Part shown: one piece after another, positions 36,942-48,200 of the stretch | Numbering within the stretch: the first letter of the stretch is position 1 | How the letters are laid out: every line of letters starts with the position of its first letter | Source of the DNA: Trichodelitschia bisporula | Lineage: Eukaryota | Direction: 5' to 3' | Length of the DNA: 64,000 nt | NCBI GenBank assembly: GCA_010356995.1 | Contig: ML996707.1 | Location: forward strand, 62,001-126,000 | The notes under the pieces: generated by a model | The model's database searches: none | What the model saw: only the letters and a program-made list of their open reading frames with translations | Told to the model about the DNA's origin: nothing | Translations under genes and position numbers: made by a program

Positions 36942-37967
36942 ATGGGCTGCACCCGTCTCGTCGCCATCCTTGTCCTCGCGTGGTCCATCGCTGGAGCACT
37001 GATTCGATCCCCGACATGCGAAGCTGCTCTCTCCACAAGTACTATTTCTCGCCCTCCCCAAAAAACTCGGCTTCCCGATCCCATTCGGAGCGGACGGGCA
37101 AACATCGTCATGTCGGCCGGGCAGCCCACTCTGACGCTCTACTTTTCCATTGCACCAGCGACTGTGAACTCAGGTGTCCCTGTCATTACGCTCACGGGTG
37201 TCGAAAGTGCGGCAAGTGTGACAGGTGGAACGACGAAGATACCTGAGCCAACATCAACCGAAAGTACACCAAACTCGAGATCGCACACAAGATCGCATAC
37301 AGAGTCTCATGGAAGAACCCGCACAGAATCGGACACAAGATCGAGTACAGCATCACCTGAGTCTACCTCTACCACAGTTTTGGATACAAGTACATCGAGC
37401 AGCGCGGTTCCTGCCACTGCAACCTCTGCCCCTGGCCTTGGAGATACAAAAGGCTCGGCTGCCACCGACCCGGACCGCGCACTCATTGGCGCCGCCGTCG
37501 GGATTGGCACATTCCTCCTCATCGTCATCGGTCTCATCTGCTTCGCCGTCTACAAGAGGCGACGCAGAAGGCAGGCGCGCTACTCCGACCTCACACCATC
37601 CGAAGTCGGCATGTCCCCGACGTCGAGGATCGGTCCTCCGCTGCTGCCTCGTCAGTTTCAGGACTCGTCACCACTGCCTAACTCCTCGCCGCCACCCGAC
37701 TCCACGCTACCGTACTCCTTCGGCACGTACCCGCTTCCAACTGTCCCTGAGATGCCGTCCCCGCCTTCGTCGCAAGATCCGCGAAGCAACGCTGCATCGT
37801 CAGTGTACCCCGATCCACCATCGCGCGCCTTGTCAAGACGCGTGGTGATGCGGTCATTTGGGGATAACGATGTCCTTTCCCCCGAGCTGCAGCTCCCCGA
37901 AAACCTGGGTCGTCTCAATTCCTGGCTCGAGGAAAACAGACGAAGGAGCCAGCTGATGCGGACGTGA
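36942..37967 (+). CDS. Single-pass membrane protein with Ser/Thr-rich ectodomain (Mid2/Wsc sensor-like architecture)
   Basis: Signal peptide MGCTRLVAILVLAWSIAGA, S/T-rich stalk, TM helix ALIGAAVGIGTFLLIVIGLICFAVY followed by KRRRRR, Pro-rich tail. Confidence 0.7.
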   Translation: MGCTRLVAILVLAWSIAGALIRSPTCEAALSTSTISRPPQKTRLPDPIRSGRANIVMSAGQPTLTLYFSIAPATVNSGVPVITLTGVESAASVTGGTTKIPEPTSTESTPNSRSHTRSHTESHGRTRTESDTRSSTASPESTSTTVLDTSTSSSAVPATATSAPGLGDTKGSAATDPDRALIGAAVGIGTFLLIVIGLICFAVYKRRRRRQARYSDLTPSEVGMSPTSRIGPPLLPRQFQDSSPLPNSSPPPDSTLPYSFGTYPLPTVPEMPSPPSSQDPRSNAASSVYPDPPSRALSRRVVMRSFGDNDVLSPELQLPENLGRLNSWLEENRRRSQLMRT

Positions 37968-39095
37968 GCCGCCTCCATTTTCGGCTGCCGTTCGATCCAT
38001 GATCCTCCCGCGAAGTCTGTGCCGTGGGGTCTGTGGGCACATGTATTCTAAGAAGCGTGGCGCAGCCACTGCTCGATATATATTGCTTAGGGCTCGCGCC
38101 CTGCCCCGTGCAACCGATCACCGCCAATTACTGGAGCAGCGTGGAGAACCCCTGGGGATAGTATGAGTTGCCTCAGATCACCTGGCCTTGCATCCAAGGT
38201 CTCAGAGATTCGATTACATCACGACTCCTTGAGCTGCCCGTCCAAGCCTTCCGTCTCCGTGCCGTTATGGCGACTCGCGCCCCCAGCCGCCTACCCGCTC
38301 ACCACGGATGGGCCATCCCAATCCGGCAGGTCGGCCACACGTGCACTCGCGTCGTAGGAGTTCCAGGAGCGCCGCAGGGAGCGCTCTGCCCCGGGGGCCA
38401 AGAGCGTCAATCCCGTCGTATTATTCCCTCCCCGCGACATGCCTAGCTCCTGCGTGTCGTGCTGCTGTGCCCCCCAAAGCTCCGACCTGCGGCGGTCGCT
38501 CGCAAGCTCGCTGAGCAGGCCCGCCCCCAAGGATTTCCACCTAGGTTCTCCTCCAGCCGCAACACCCCCCCCGGCGCCTGCCACCTTGCTCGCATTCTCG
38601 GTCCTGCAACCGGACAGGAGTCCCCGGCGCACATCCCTCGTTTGCCAGCGACGGGCGGGCGGGAATCGCACTGAGCGCGCGGACGGCTCTGTGCACATTA
38701 TTAATGGCGTCACGGGGTGGCGGGATTGGAGTCTGGTGGTATGGGTTGTGGATAGGATTCCCAGCGCGAGTTGAGCTTGTCTTTGGGCCTCGTTCCTGAT
38801 GTGGTGCATGTGGACTGGCGTTGGCTGGCCGCTGGCAGCGCTCTGACTGGCCGCGCTAGCTTATCGCTGCCTGTGCTGCGCGAGTTTGCTGGACTTGTGC
38901 GGGGACGATCATGCAGGCGCCTGTGGTGGGGTATACGTGCATATAAAACGCCAGAGGCGCGGCGTGTGGCGTCTGAGTCGTGAACTGCAGCTCAGCACTG
39001 GCCCGTCTTGTTTATATTGTGCGCCCAATCTCCCTCTTGCTTCTCGCGCATCAGACTTTCTCCTATCTCCCTTCGTCTCTATCATACTTTGCACA

Positions 39096-40064
39096 ATGGC
39101 GAAATTCCCCGCTCTCAGGCGCAAAATCACATTCCACCGCTCTGTGCGGCGCAAAACAGACCCGTCCTTCTCAGTCTATGTCGCCAATGGGCCCGCCTAC
39201 TACGAATACACCGACGCCAGCGACCCCGCGCTAGCCGCGCGCTTCTCCTTTCATGACCCCACCTCTCCCATTCTCAGACAATCAAAGTTCCCCGTCGAGC
39301 TGTCCTACTCCGATAACCGGCGCTCTGAAGACCGGCGCTCCTCAACCGATTCCACCCTCGCTGCGCACCCACTTCCCGTCTTCCGCCTCTCAAGCACCAC
39401 CTCACCGCCACGCCTTGCGTCCCCTCCGCCGCGCCGCATCCTCCACCGCCGCACGCCCTCTCTCCCCGATGCGCTCCTCGCTGCGGCTTCCGCTGGTGAT
39501 GCGCCGCTCATTGGCCGGCTGCTCAGCGCAGGAGCCTCGGCAAAGCGGAAGTCGGGCGGGACCGCCCCGCTGCATGCAGCAGCGGCGGGAGGACACGTCG
39601 CGGCCGTGAAGAACCTGGTTCTGCACGGGGCGGAGGTGGACGGTGTTGACGGTGATGGACGAACGGCGCTGCATCATGCTTCGATGGCGGGGCGTGGGCG
39701 CGTTGTGGGCATTCTGCTGGGCATGGGGGCGCGTACGGATGTTGTCGACCGCAAGGGACGGACGGCGCTGCACTATGCGGTTGAGGCGGCGGAGGAAGAA
39801 GAGGTAGATGAGGGGTTGGGCCGGTTACGGTTCAGCTACTCGTTTGGCGGGAGTGAGGGTGGAAGTCGCCGGTCTAGCCGCACGAGTGTTGGGAGCACTG
39901 GGAGTGCGGTTGGGCGGGATGTGGTTGGCTTGCTGATGCGAGCGGGTGCGGCAACGGGTATGAGAGATCGCGAGGGAGACACACCGCTTGATGTTGCGCT
40001 GAGGTCTGGGAGGGTGGGTGATATGAATGCGTTGATTGAGGTGGGGGGGCGGGTTACAGCGTAA
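39096..40064 (+). CDS. Ankyrin-repeat protein
   Basis: GTAPLHAAA, GRTALHHAS, GRTALHYAV, GDTPLDVAL repeats; TATAAAA at 38942. Confidence 0.85.
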   Translation: MAKFPALRRKITFHRSVRRKTDPSFSVYVANGPAYYEYTDASDPALAARFSFHDPTSPILRQSKFPVELSYSDNRRSEDRRSSTDSTLAAHPLPVFRLSSTTSPPRLASPPPRRILHRRTPSLPDALLAAASAGDAPLIGRLLSAGASAKRKSGGTAPLHAAAAGGHVAAVKNLVLHGAEVDGVDGDGRTALHHASMAGRGRVVGILLGMGARTDVVDRKGRTALHYAVEAAEEEEVDEGLGRLRFSYSFGGSEGGSRRSSRTSVGSTGSAVGRDVVGLLMRAGAATGMRDREGDTPLDVALRSGRVGDMNALIEVGGRVTA

Positions 40065-40924
40065 GGTTAGGCTGAGTGTATTTGACCGCACCGGGGAGAA
40101 GCAATGGTGTTCTGGGTATGGAGGAAAGAGTCGATGATCGGGATACATGACGATTCTTGACGGCGGTTCATTGTCTGCGTCTTTTTCGCATGCACTTGCA
40201 AGCATAGAATAGCGAAATGTCTTTCAAAACACGATCCAACGGCCATTCCGTACTACGTACTCCGTTCTGGCAGACGTGGCTGTGATTTGGCCCCATGGTG
40301 TGCCACTTATCTGGTGTTCGATATCCTGGGCTCCGGAATGCCCGCTATCATCACGAAGCGATTTTCACCACACACTGTGCCAAAAAAAAAAATATCCCAG
40401 AAAGAGCCAGACATCTTCAAATCCAGCGTTCAATTTGTCCTTCAATCTACCATCGTGAGCGTATCAAAAACGAAGATCAAAAAGCAAAGCCTCGCAAATT
40501 CAAACGCTCTTCGGCCAACTCGTGACTTCGCGATCAACGCAATGCTCTTCATGAGACGACATCACATCTCCGTTCACCACTTGCCCGTGTATGTGGCACG
40601 CATCGAAGGCCTGAAAACAAAGAAGTACCAGCGTCGCAAAAGAGCAAAAAGATGCCTCCAGAGAGAATTGAACTCTCGATCTTCGCATTGCTCGACATAC
40701 AAGTGCGACGCGTTGCCACTGCGCCATAGAGGCTGTGATTGGTTTTGGCCAAATTGCTTTCCATATTCAATATGATGACCATTACGCAAAAGGTGAAGCT
40801 CTTCAAACCGCCATCTGCCTTCTGAGAGAATGCATATCGTTTGGGTGCCCATGACACTGCAGAGAGTTCACAGATCACCCGAGCAGCTATGTTCACTACC
40901 CTAGAACTAAGATGCATACTACCT

Positions 40925-42033
40925 CTACCCCATCAGCTGCAGTAGGTCGTCTGGAGGCCACCGGGTCTGCGCAAAGCTCAGGCACCGCTTGATGCTCTGC
41001 AAGTACTTCCGCGTATTCTCGTCGCTCATAATATGCGCCGTACCCTTGTCATTCTCATGAAGTTTCTCCCGCGCCGACCGCTCGTGAATGCCCACCATCG
41101 TGACACCAATCGGCCAGGCACTGTGTTCGTTAGCAAAGGCCCACGAGCATAAGGGCAGACTTGCGCTTTTCCAATGCTCAGCCGTAGATATCCGTCATTC
41201 GCGTGCACGTAGCGTCGCTCCTGCGCCGCATTCACAATCTCAACCACCGCCGCTAAAATCGCGTCGTCCAGATCTCCCTTTTCTAGCTTCCTGAACAGCG
41301 GCTTCAGGTTCTCTCGTGCCTGCACCATAGCAGCGTACGCCGCCTTGCCCTGATAGCTAGCCTTGACATCGTCCGGCCGCTGTGCCATAGCAATCTCCCA
41401 CGCGCGCAACACCATAGTGAAATACGACGCAATCTGCCGGAAGACAAGCTGTCGCCCCTCCGCATCCTTAGGCGCCTTCTTCGGCACCTTCATCTCCGCC
41501 TCCGGAACAAGCACCAGCGTCGTCGGGATCGGCCCATCCGTAAACACAGGCGTAGGCTCCCGGTTCGTGAGCCGCCGGAACCGCCTCAGGCGCTGCATAT
41601 GGCTTTCGCCGAACAAGCGCGCCGGCTCGCCCAACACCCGCAGCTGCGTTACCAGCTCTGCATCCTCGATGTCCTCCTCACCCTCCGGCAGCGGCGTGCC
41701 TTCCCGTTTCGGCGGCAGGTCCGGGAGCCCGAGGCGCTTGCGACGCGCGCGCTCGACGGCTTCTTCTTCCTCTTCGCGACGGCGCCGGGATTCCTCTGCT
41801 AGCCGCTGGCGCTTTTCCTCGCGCTCGCGGTTGCGTACCGCTTCTTCATCTTCGAATTTCCGCTTGCGCTCGAGTTTGGCGACGCGGGCTGCTTCGCGGG
41901 CTTGTTGCTCGGCGAGGTAGGCGGCTTCGCGCTGGGCTTCGATTTCGGAGCGTTTTAGGTATTTTTGCTGGGTGGGGGGCGTTTCGTCTTTGGCTTTGGA
42001 TATCTTGCTCTTCATTAATGAGGCGAAGTCCAT
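40925..42033 (-). CDS. PRP18: Pre-mRNA splicing factor Prp18; GC-AG intron 41164-41121
   Basis: MDFASLM, LRVLGEPARLFGES (PRP4-like motif), YLRLSIGKA|AWPIGVTMVGIHERSAREK, DENTRKYLQSIKRCLSFAQTRWPP. Confidence 0.95.
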
Positions 42034-42227
42034 GGCGGCGGTTGCTGGGAGGTGAGATGGGAGGAGTCAGGTACCGCCTGAGATGTAGACGCGTGCGGGG
42101 GACGTCACCGCCCGATGCCAAGACTGCGAATCGGCGACGCCCCCGAGCCTCAAGCTTCCGTCGCGCAAACGACAACAATCAACATCACATACCCCCACCA
42201 CCCATGAAATCGGGACTCTAGATCACA

Positions 42228-42973
42228 ATGGCGCAAAAAGTCGATCGTACGACAACAACGCCTTTCCTGCTCAAGCTGTTCTATCGCACCGGAGCATTCC
42301 ATCGGTCAGTTTGTCCATCAACTACTGCCATCACGTTCCTAACCACCGCAGGCTCGAAGAGTTCGCACCGAACCAGCCCGCCCCACAACATGTCCAAATC
42401 TACACGTGGACCAGCTGCACGCTACGCGAACTGACTCACCTCCTCACCACCGCGCTGCCCTCGCTCCTCCCCTCCCCCGCCATCGGCACGCGCCTCTCCT
42501 TCCGCCTCATCTTCCCCGACATCCGCGACCCCCAGCGCCAAGGGCCAGGACGCTTCACAAGCAAAGACCTCGGCAGCGTGGTCATCGGCGCAGGCGGACC
42601 GGGCGTCGACCTCCGGAACGATGAAGACGACGCACGCCCCGCGGACCGGCTCGAAGGCGACGCAGACAAGACGCTGGGAGACGCGCGCTTCGTCATTGGC
42701 GACTACGTCAGCTGCGCCGTGTTCCCCCCGCTGCCGAACGGGGATGTAGCCGCGCCGCCGGGGCCGCGTGGTCTCCGGTCGCCGGAGTTCCCGCGTGGGC
42801 CTGGCCCCGTGCGCGAGAATGGGTTTGGGGGGGGGTTTGGGAGGGGACGCGGCCGGTATGAGGCGCCGAGGGGGAGTGTGCCGTCTGGTGAGTGGAGGAG
42901 GGGGGAGGTCCCGCCTGGGAGTATGGGGGCGGGGTTCTCGCCGAGGGGACGGGGGAGGGGAAGGGCATACTAG
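42228..42973 (+). CDS. SAP18: Sin3-associated protein SAP18 (ASAP/PSAP complex) with RGG-rich tail; intron 42306-42351
   Basis: VDRTTTTPFLLKLFYR..FH, QIYTWTSCTLREL, KDLGSV, KTLGDARFVIGDYVSCAVFPP. Confidence 0.92.
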
Positions 42974-44050
42974 AACTAGGTCTGTTGCTTGGGGAGTTGG
43001 GGTTGTGTCTTTGTAGTGGTAATACCCTGATGTTCGGCTAGGAATTATTAAACATAGCTTTCTTAAAGGCCTGCGGTTCGTGCGTCTTGGGCTCGGATGC
43101 TGCCGACTGATAGTAGGATCGTTCGTTGCCATTTGATGGGGGGCAGTGCGTCTACAGGCCACTGCAAGCTCGGAGGCCAGCGAGACCGGTGAGGGGATGG
43201 GAGACGGTTCCCGGAATTCAACCTCACCTTTGCCCATCAACTTGGGCTCAACTCCAGCGTTGGCGAGAACAGCCTTTGAGAAGAGGCACTCAATGATGCC
43301 AAAGACACCTCTGGCAAATTGTGAGTCTAACGGCTGTGGTGTACGGTTATTGACGAAGAAAGGCATCCGACACAAATAGTTGTCACTTTGGAAGTTGCGC
43401 TCGCCCATCTCACCCCAGAGTTCCGCTCTTCTGCTCCCCAGAAGCCTTGACGGCGATGACGGTCGTTACTGAAACATCGATCGTACCGACGCCTCTGACA
43501 CACACTTCTACACCTGAGATGCGCCAAGCCATCTATGGCTGCGGGCAGTCCCTACGTAGTACGGCAGTTGGCGTACCGCACCTGGCGTCAGGCAATACGC
43601 CCTAGGCCAACGCGCCCTAGGCCAACGATTGGATGCACGACCCCCAGCCCTCTGTATTGCTGCTGTGCCGAAAGTAGAAATGCTTCCAGGCCAGCATCTG
43701 GGCTTTGCACCTTACAGCAAAGACACTAGGCCTAATGTGGAATCACGGCGCTGCAAGACGGCAGCCTTACTGACAATCCAATGGTCCCGAGAGCGACTCA
43801 GGAAAGTTCTGGCCGCCTTACTTAGCCTTTCTGCGGACGAGATTGGGCACGACTTTACCGGAAGTCTTGATTCCGGCATGCATCAGCGCGCGGCTGCGTG
43901 GATGGTGAAGCCAGCAGTACAAAACCCTCTCACCCTTCACGTAGCAACTCCTGCTCTATACACTTGTCCAGCACTTCTCTCTCTTTCTCCCGCATAGTTC
44001 CTCCTGTCTTGCAGTTGTCCAGAGCTTCTATTTATCTCTTCCGCTCCACA

Positions 44051-46070
44051 ATGCCAGGCCGCAATGGCAAGCGCAAGGCCACCGACGACATGCCAGACCG
44101 CAAAGGCAAGCGCAAGGCTACCGATGACGGCCAGCAAGTCGCCCGCCGCAAGGCTCCGCGAGTACGCGACCTGCCGCAATCAAACATTATTTGCTTCAGG
44201 GCCAATCCTAATGCGCCGGGTCCCTCGCGTGCGCCGTTATCGGTGGAGCGCAAGCAACAGGTGAAGGAAGTCCGTGATCTTGGAGCCTGCATGCGGTGTG
44301 CATGGCTGCGAAAGCCTGTAAGTTGCTCAACCACCTGCACACAATGGTACTAATGACTGGAATAGTGCTCGGGTGGCGACCCTTGCATCCCGTGCTTGGA
44401 ACTTGCCGCCCTTAAGAACAACGCGACGTGTTTGAGCTGGATGCCCTGCTATCGCTTGAATCTCACGGAGCATTTCGAACGTATGTATTCTGTCATCCCA
44501 GCTAATGCTAATTAACGAATGTAGACTTCCTGCTTCGATGGAGCATGCATGTATCGGAGCTCAACATCTCGGTCGATGCATCCATGCTAATCCCTTTCTT
44601 CAAGCTGGAGGAATTCAGTTCTATAAATTTGAACGATCTGCTTTCCACTTTTTGGGGACTATGCTCAAGCAGCGGCTATTCCCGTGAGGCTTATTGGATT
44701 TCTGAAATTCCTTGGGACGAGATTCCTGATGATGCTGCGGAGCTAATATCCAGGCCGGGGCTCGAATCATGTGGCTCCAAACCAGTCTATTCGACATACT
44801 TCAATGTCATCACTCCAGTCGGCTCGTGCATGCATCTGCTTCGGAGACTGGAGAAGATGCTCATGCCCAGGCAGCTGGCCAAGCTGAGCCATACCCAGCT
44901 CCAGGATGTCTTTCATCTCCTTGTCTATTCAGCCACTGCCTATGCGATGAATATGCGCCAGTCCCAGGTACCCGCTACATGTTGATCGGGGATCCTCAAA
45001 CTAACATACTTCAGCACAAACCAAGCCTTTGCGACTCGACCACCCTGACTGGGCTTATATGTCAGGCATTGCATATAGGCCAGCGATGCAATGTCGTCCC
45101 GCAAATTGATCAAAAGTTGATGCGACGTTGTGTCGCTGGCCTCGCGTATTTTCTGTGCGGAAGTGGGGGAAATTGGTATAAAACGCCCACGACCCCCGTA
45201 AACGATCCAAGGGCCGATAGTCTCACTCTCTCCTCAACGCCAGAAGACATTCTCGCTGCTGAAGATGAGGAAATACTGTTCGAGGAATCACCATTTTCAC
45301 AATCCTCATCGAACATGGACCTTCCCCCAGCATCTGCGGACCCCTATTTCCGGGGGGACGTCGACGAAGCTGATCCATGGCTGACATCATCTAACAGCCG
45401 CCAGAATCAACCGGAGTCGACGACCATGCTCGCTGCTGGAGACTATAGACAGCAAGTTGGTGATCCACTATTCTCAGAATGGCTGCACAACATGGACTTC
45501 GAGATTCCCACACTTGAGGACCCCAATCTCGGGTCGAATTCCAACGAAGCTGATCCATGGCTGACATTATCTAACAGCCGCCAGAATCAACCGGAGCCAA
45601 CGACCATGCTCGCTACTGAAGACTATGGACAGCAAGTTGATGACTCACTATTCTCAGAATGGTTGCGCAATACGGACTTCGAGATTCCCACACTTGAGGA
45701 CCCCAATCTCGGGTCGAATTCCAACGAAACTGATCCATGGCTGACATTATCTAACAGCCGCCAGAATCAACCTGAGACGACGACCATGCTCGCTGTTGGA
45801 GATTGCGAACGGCAAGTTCGTGACTTAGTATACTCAAAATGGTTGCACAATACGGGCTTCGAGATTTACACACCTGAGGATCCCAATGTCGGGCGGAATC
45901 TCATCGAAGTTGATTCTCGCCCATTCAATCACAGTCCTCAGGATAAGCTTGAGCTGCCTCCAAGGCTGTACCCCATTCGACAATTCACCCATTGTCCGGC
46001 TTGCGGGCCGCAACTGGTATGCGACCCGATGTGGATGCAAGTTCCGTCGGGCTTCGACTGCGATGCATAG
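44051..46070 (+). CDS. Zn(II)2Cys6-like transcription factor with tandem 60-aa repeats; introns 44318-44365, 44481-44524, 44968-45014
   Basis: Splicing yields VRDLGACMRCAWLRKP|CSGGDPCIPC...PCYR; basic NLS-like GKRKATDD twice; all three introns keep the frame. Confidence 0.75.
45364..45900 (+). repeat. Three tandem 180-bp coding repeats
   Basis: ACGAA(G/A)CTGATCCATGGCTGACAT at 45364, 45544, 45724. Confidence 0.95.
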
Positions 46071-46403
46071 TGTGGGAGCGGCCACTGTTCTGGTACTTGA
46101 CGATGATTTTGAGTACAGCTTTTTTTATGTCGGCATTTCTGGTTCGTGTTTTCACGTTCGTTGGATCCACGAGGAGTTCTATTAACCTGGTACTTGATGA
46201 TGGTTTTGTGCGCAGTTCGTTCTTTTCGATGTTCACCTTTCCGGTTGGTGTTTTGGGATTCGTTGTGTTCGCAAGGGAGAGCTTGACTAAATTAGCACGG
46301 GGGGTAGCGGATCTGAGCTGAGCGTGATAACAAAATTGAATGCTGTTTCTCTTCTCCGTCCCTTTTCCTCTAACCTCTCCGCCCTCAGATATCTTCTCGG
46401 GCC

Positions 46404-46424
46404 AAAAAGAGCAGCGGCCAAAAA
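46404..46424 (-). terminator. Duplicated Pol III oligo-T terminators downstream of the tRNA
   Basis: TTTTT on the minus strand at 46424-46420 and 46408-46404, within a 16-bp tandem duplication. Confidence 0.6.
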
Positions 46425-46440
46425 GAACAGCTTCACTCGC

Positions 46441-46536
46441 TTCCGTTACCGGGAATGGAACCCGGGCCTACCCGGTGCAGCAATGGCAAGCTCTGGTGAT
46501 GAGAGCGGGTGATCCTAACCACTAGACCATAACGAA
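46441..46536 (-). tRNA. tRNA-Glu(CTC) with 24-nt intron (46499-46476); possibly degenerate
   Basis: TTCGTTA TGGTCTAGTGGTTAGGATC ACCCG CT CTC A [intron] C CGGGT ... CCGGG TTCCATT CCCGG TAACGGA A; downstream T5 terminators. Confidence 0.8.
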
Positions 46537-47215
46537 GGTTTGATGCGGCAATTTCGGGAGGTGGGATTCGCCTTGTGAAGTGGAGCCGCTGGGCTTTCAA
46601 GGCTGGCGTTCGGTGGGGGGAGACGACGGCTCGACGTGGTCCGAGGGCAGCTTGACTACAAGATTGATAAAATGCTTTGGCGTACGGGATGTATTGTGAG
46701 GTTGTACACTGCTGTAAGCTTCGTTCGCGTTATCTGCTGCGCAACTTTGTGCGAGGAGGGATGAGGTGATATCATTGAACGGTCAAGTAGACCGGTGGGC
46801 TTGCGAAATTGAGCTCTGCAGCCAACCTAACGCCTTCCAGCTTCTTGAAATGCAGCCTGGACTCGCCAAAGTCTGACGTGATCTGTGTAATGGAAGTGAA
46901 GTGAAGCTCATTCGGCGCTCCTACTGGCATCCTGCTAGCCACCCGGCGTTCAAGTGCACTTCAGCCCTACCGCTAGCGTCATGCATCACTGCCTAGCGCG
47001 GGGAATGACGAGACGACTCTACATTAGATGCATCCTCACCAGTTCACAACCGGCACCAACAGCACATCTAAGTGTGAGGATACGTTTGGATTATCTACAA
47101 GGACTTATGTAAATCTCTTCCATTGGACCTTCGAGCTAAGGTACACAGTTGATGATGAGGCACCGCGAGAACTGCACTCATCCATACCTCAACTTTACAT
47201 CGACCATAGCCGCTA

Positions 47216-48200
47216 CTAGTTGGCCCGCTGACCCTCGACGTAGTATATCAAGCCGGCTAACATGCTGCTAGCTCGCCGGAAATCCTCCGCTTTGGTGAGT
47301 TCGAGCTGGGGATGGATGTGCATCGTGAAAGACTCCTCAGGGAGTTCCGTCAAGGTGCAAATCTTCAGCACGACATCACGAGTAACCTCCATCACGCTCA
47401 CATGGAAGAGAGTACTCCACAGATGTACGCAGTAGACCCGGTACGACTGAGCATCAGGATCGTCGGTGTACCTTTTGAGCGCAAGCGCCACCAACCTCGG
47501 TAGCATTATCCAGTGTATATACCAGTCGCACACTTCGCCCCCCTTAATCTGGAACCGTTAGCTAGGAGCACATGGTAGGGAGAACGTACGACTATTGAGT
47601 AGGCGATCATTTCGTTTTCCCCAGCGCGCCCAGTTATATATCCATCGACCTGGGAGGGGGCCGAACAGTCCCGGTCTGGAATCGACACGGTGATATGGCC
47701 ACGATGATGGTCTAACATAACCAGGTTGCTACGACGCGGGCGGATGATCTGCGCTAGGACACGGTACCAGGTCTCAAAGAGCATACTGGACCCGCGACCC
47801 CGCTCGTCGAGAGGATCCATTGCCCGCTTCAGCATCTTCGCCATCGTTTGCTGTACGGTGTCGCAAGTTTCGAACATTAAGCCTACTGCCCAGACCAGTC
47901 TTGCCATACTAGTAGTGAAGGTCACTTACGGTTGAACTCGGGCGTCGGGCGGTACGGAGGAGGGATGATCGAGCACCCCGGGCCACCATACTCGTTATCA
48001 TTCGGTTCACCGAACGCAGCCTCGTGCTCGGCATTCAAGCGTTCAGGGTTTAACAGAAGCCACTACACCAAGATGGTGCATTTAAAATCTTTGTGGGTAA
48101 AATCCGACATGTCTTCCAGCAGAGTGAATTGTGATACTCGATATGGTGCGAGGCCTCGACAAGGCGCAGGGATAGAGTCGGTGAGGGTAGGTGGTGAGTG
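47216..48200 (-). pseudogene. Hypothetical multi-exon gene or pseudogene; 5' end unresolved
   Basis: GT-AG introns about 47929-47880 and 47589-47550 join protein-like ORFs (MFETCDTV...YSIV|...AKCDWY...YRVYCVHLWST); in-frame TAG at 48065-48063 is either a premature stop or an acceptor. Confidence 0.35.

Noticed and set aside
40772..40825. TGATGA...CTGA box C/D-like pair
   Set aside because: Too short, no terminal stem and no recognisable rRNA guide
45364..45900. CRISPR-like regular repeats
   Set aside because: Eukaryotic in-frame coding tandem repeats with no unique spacers
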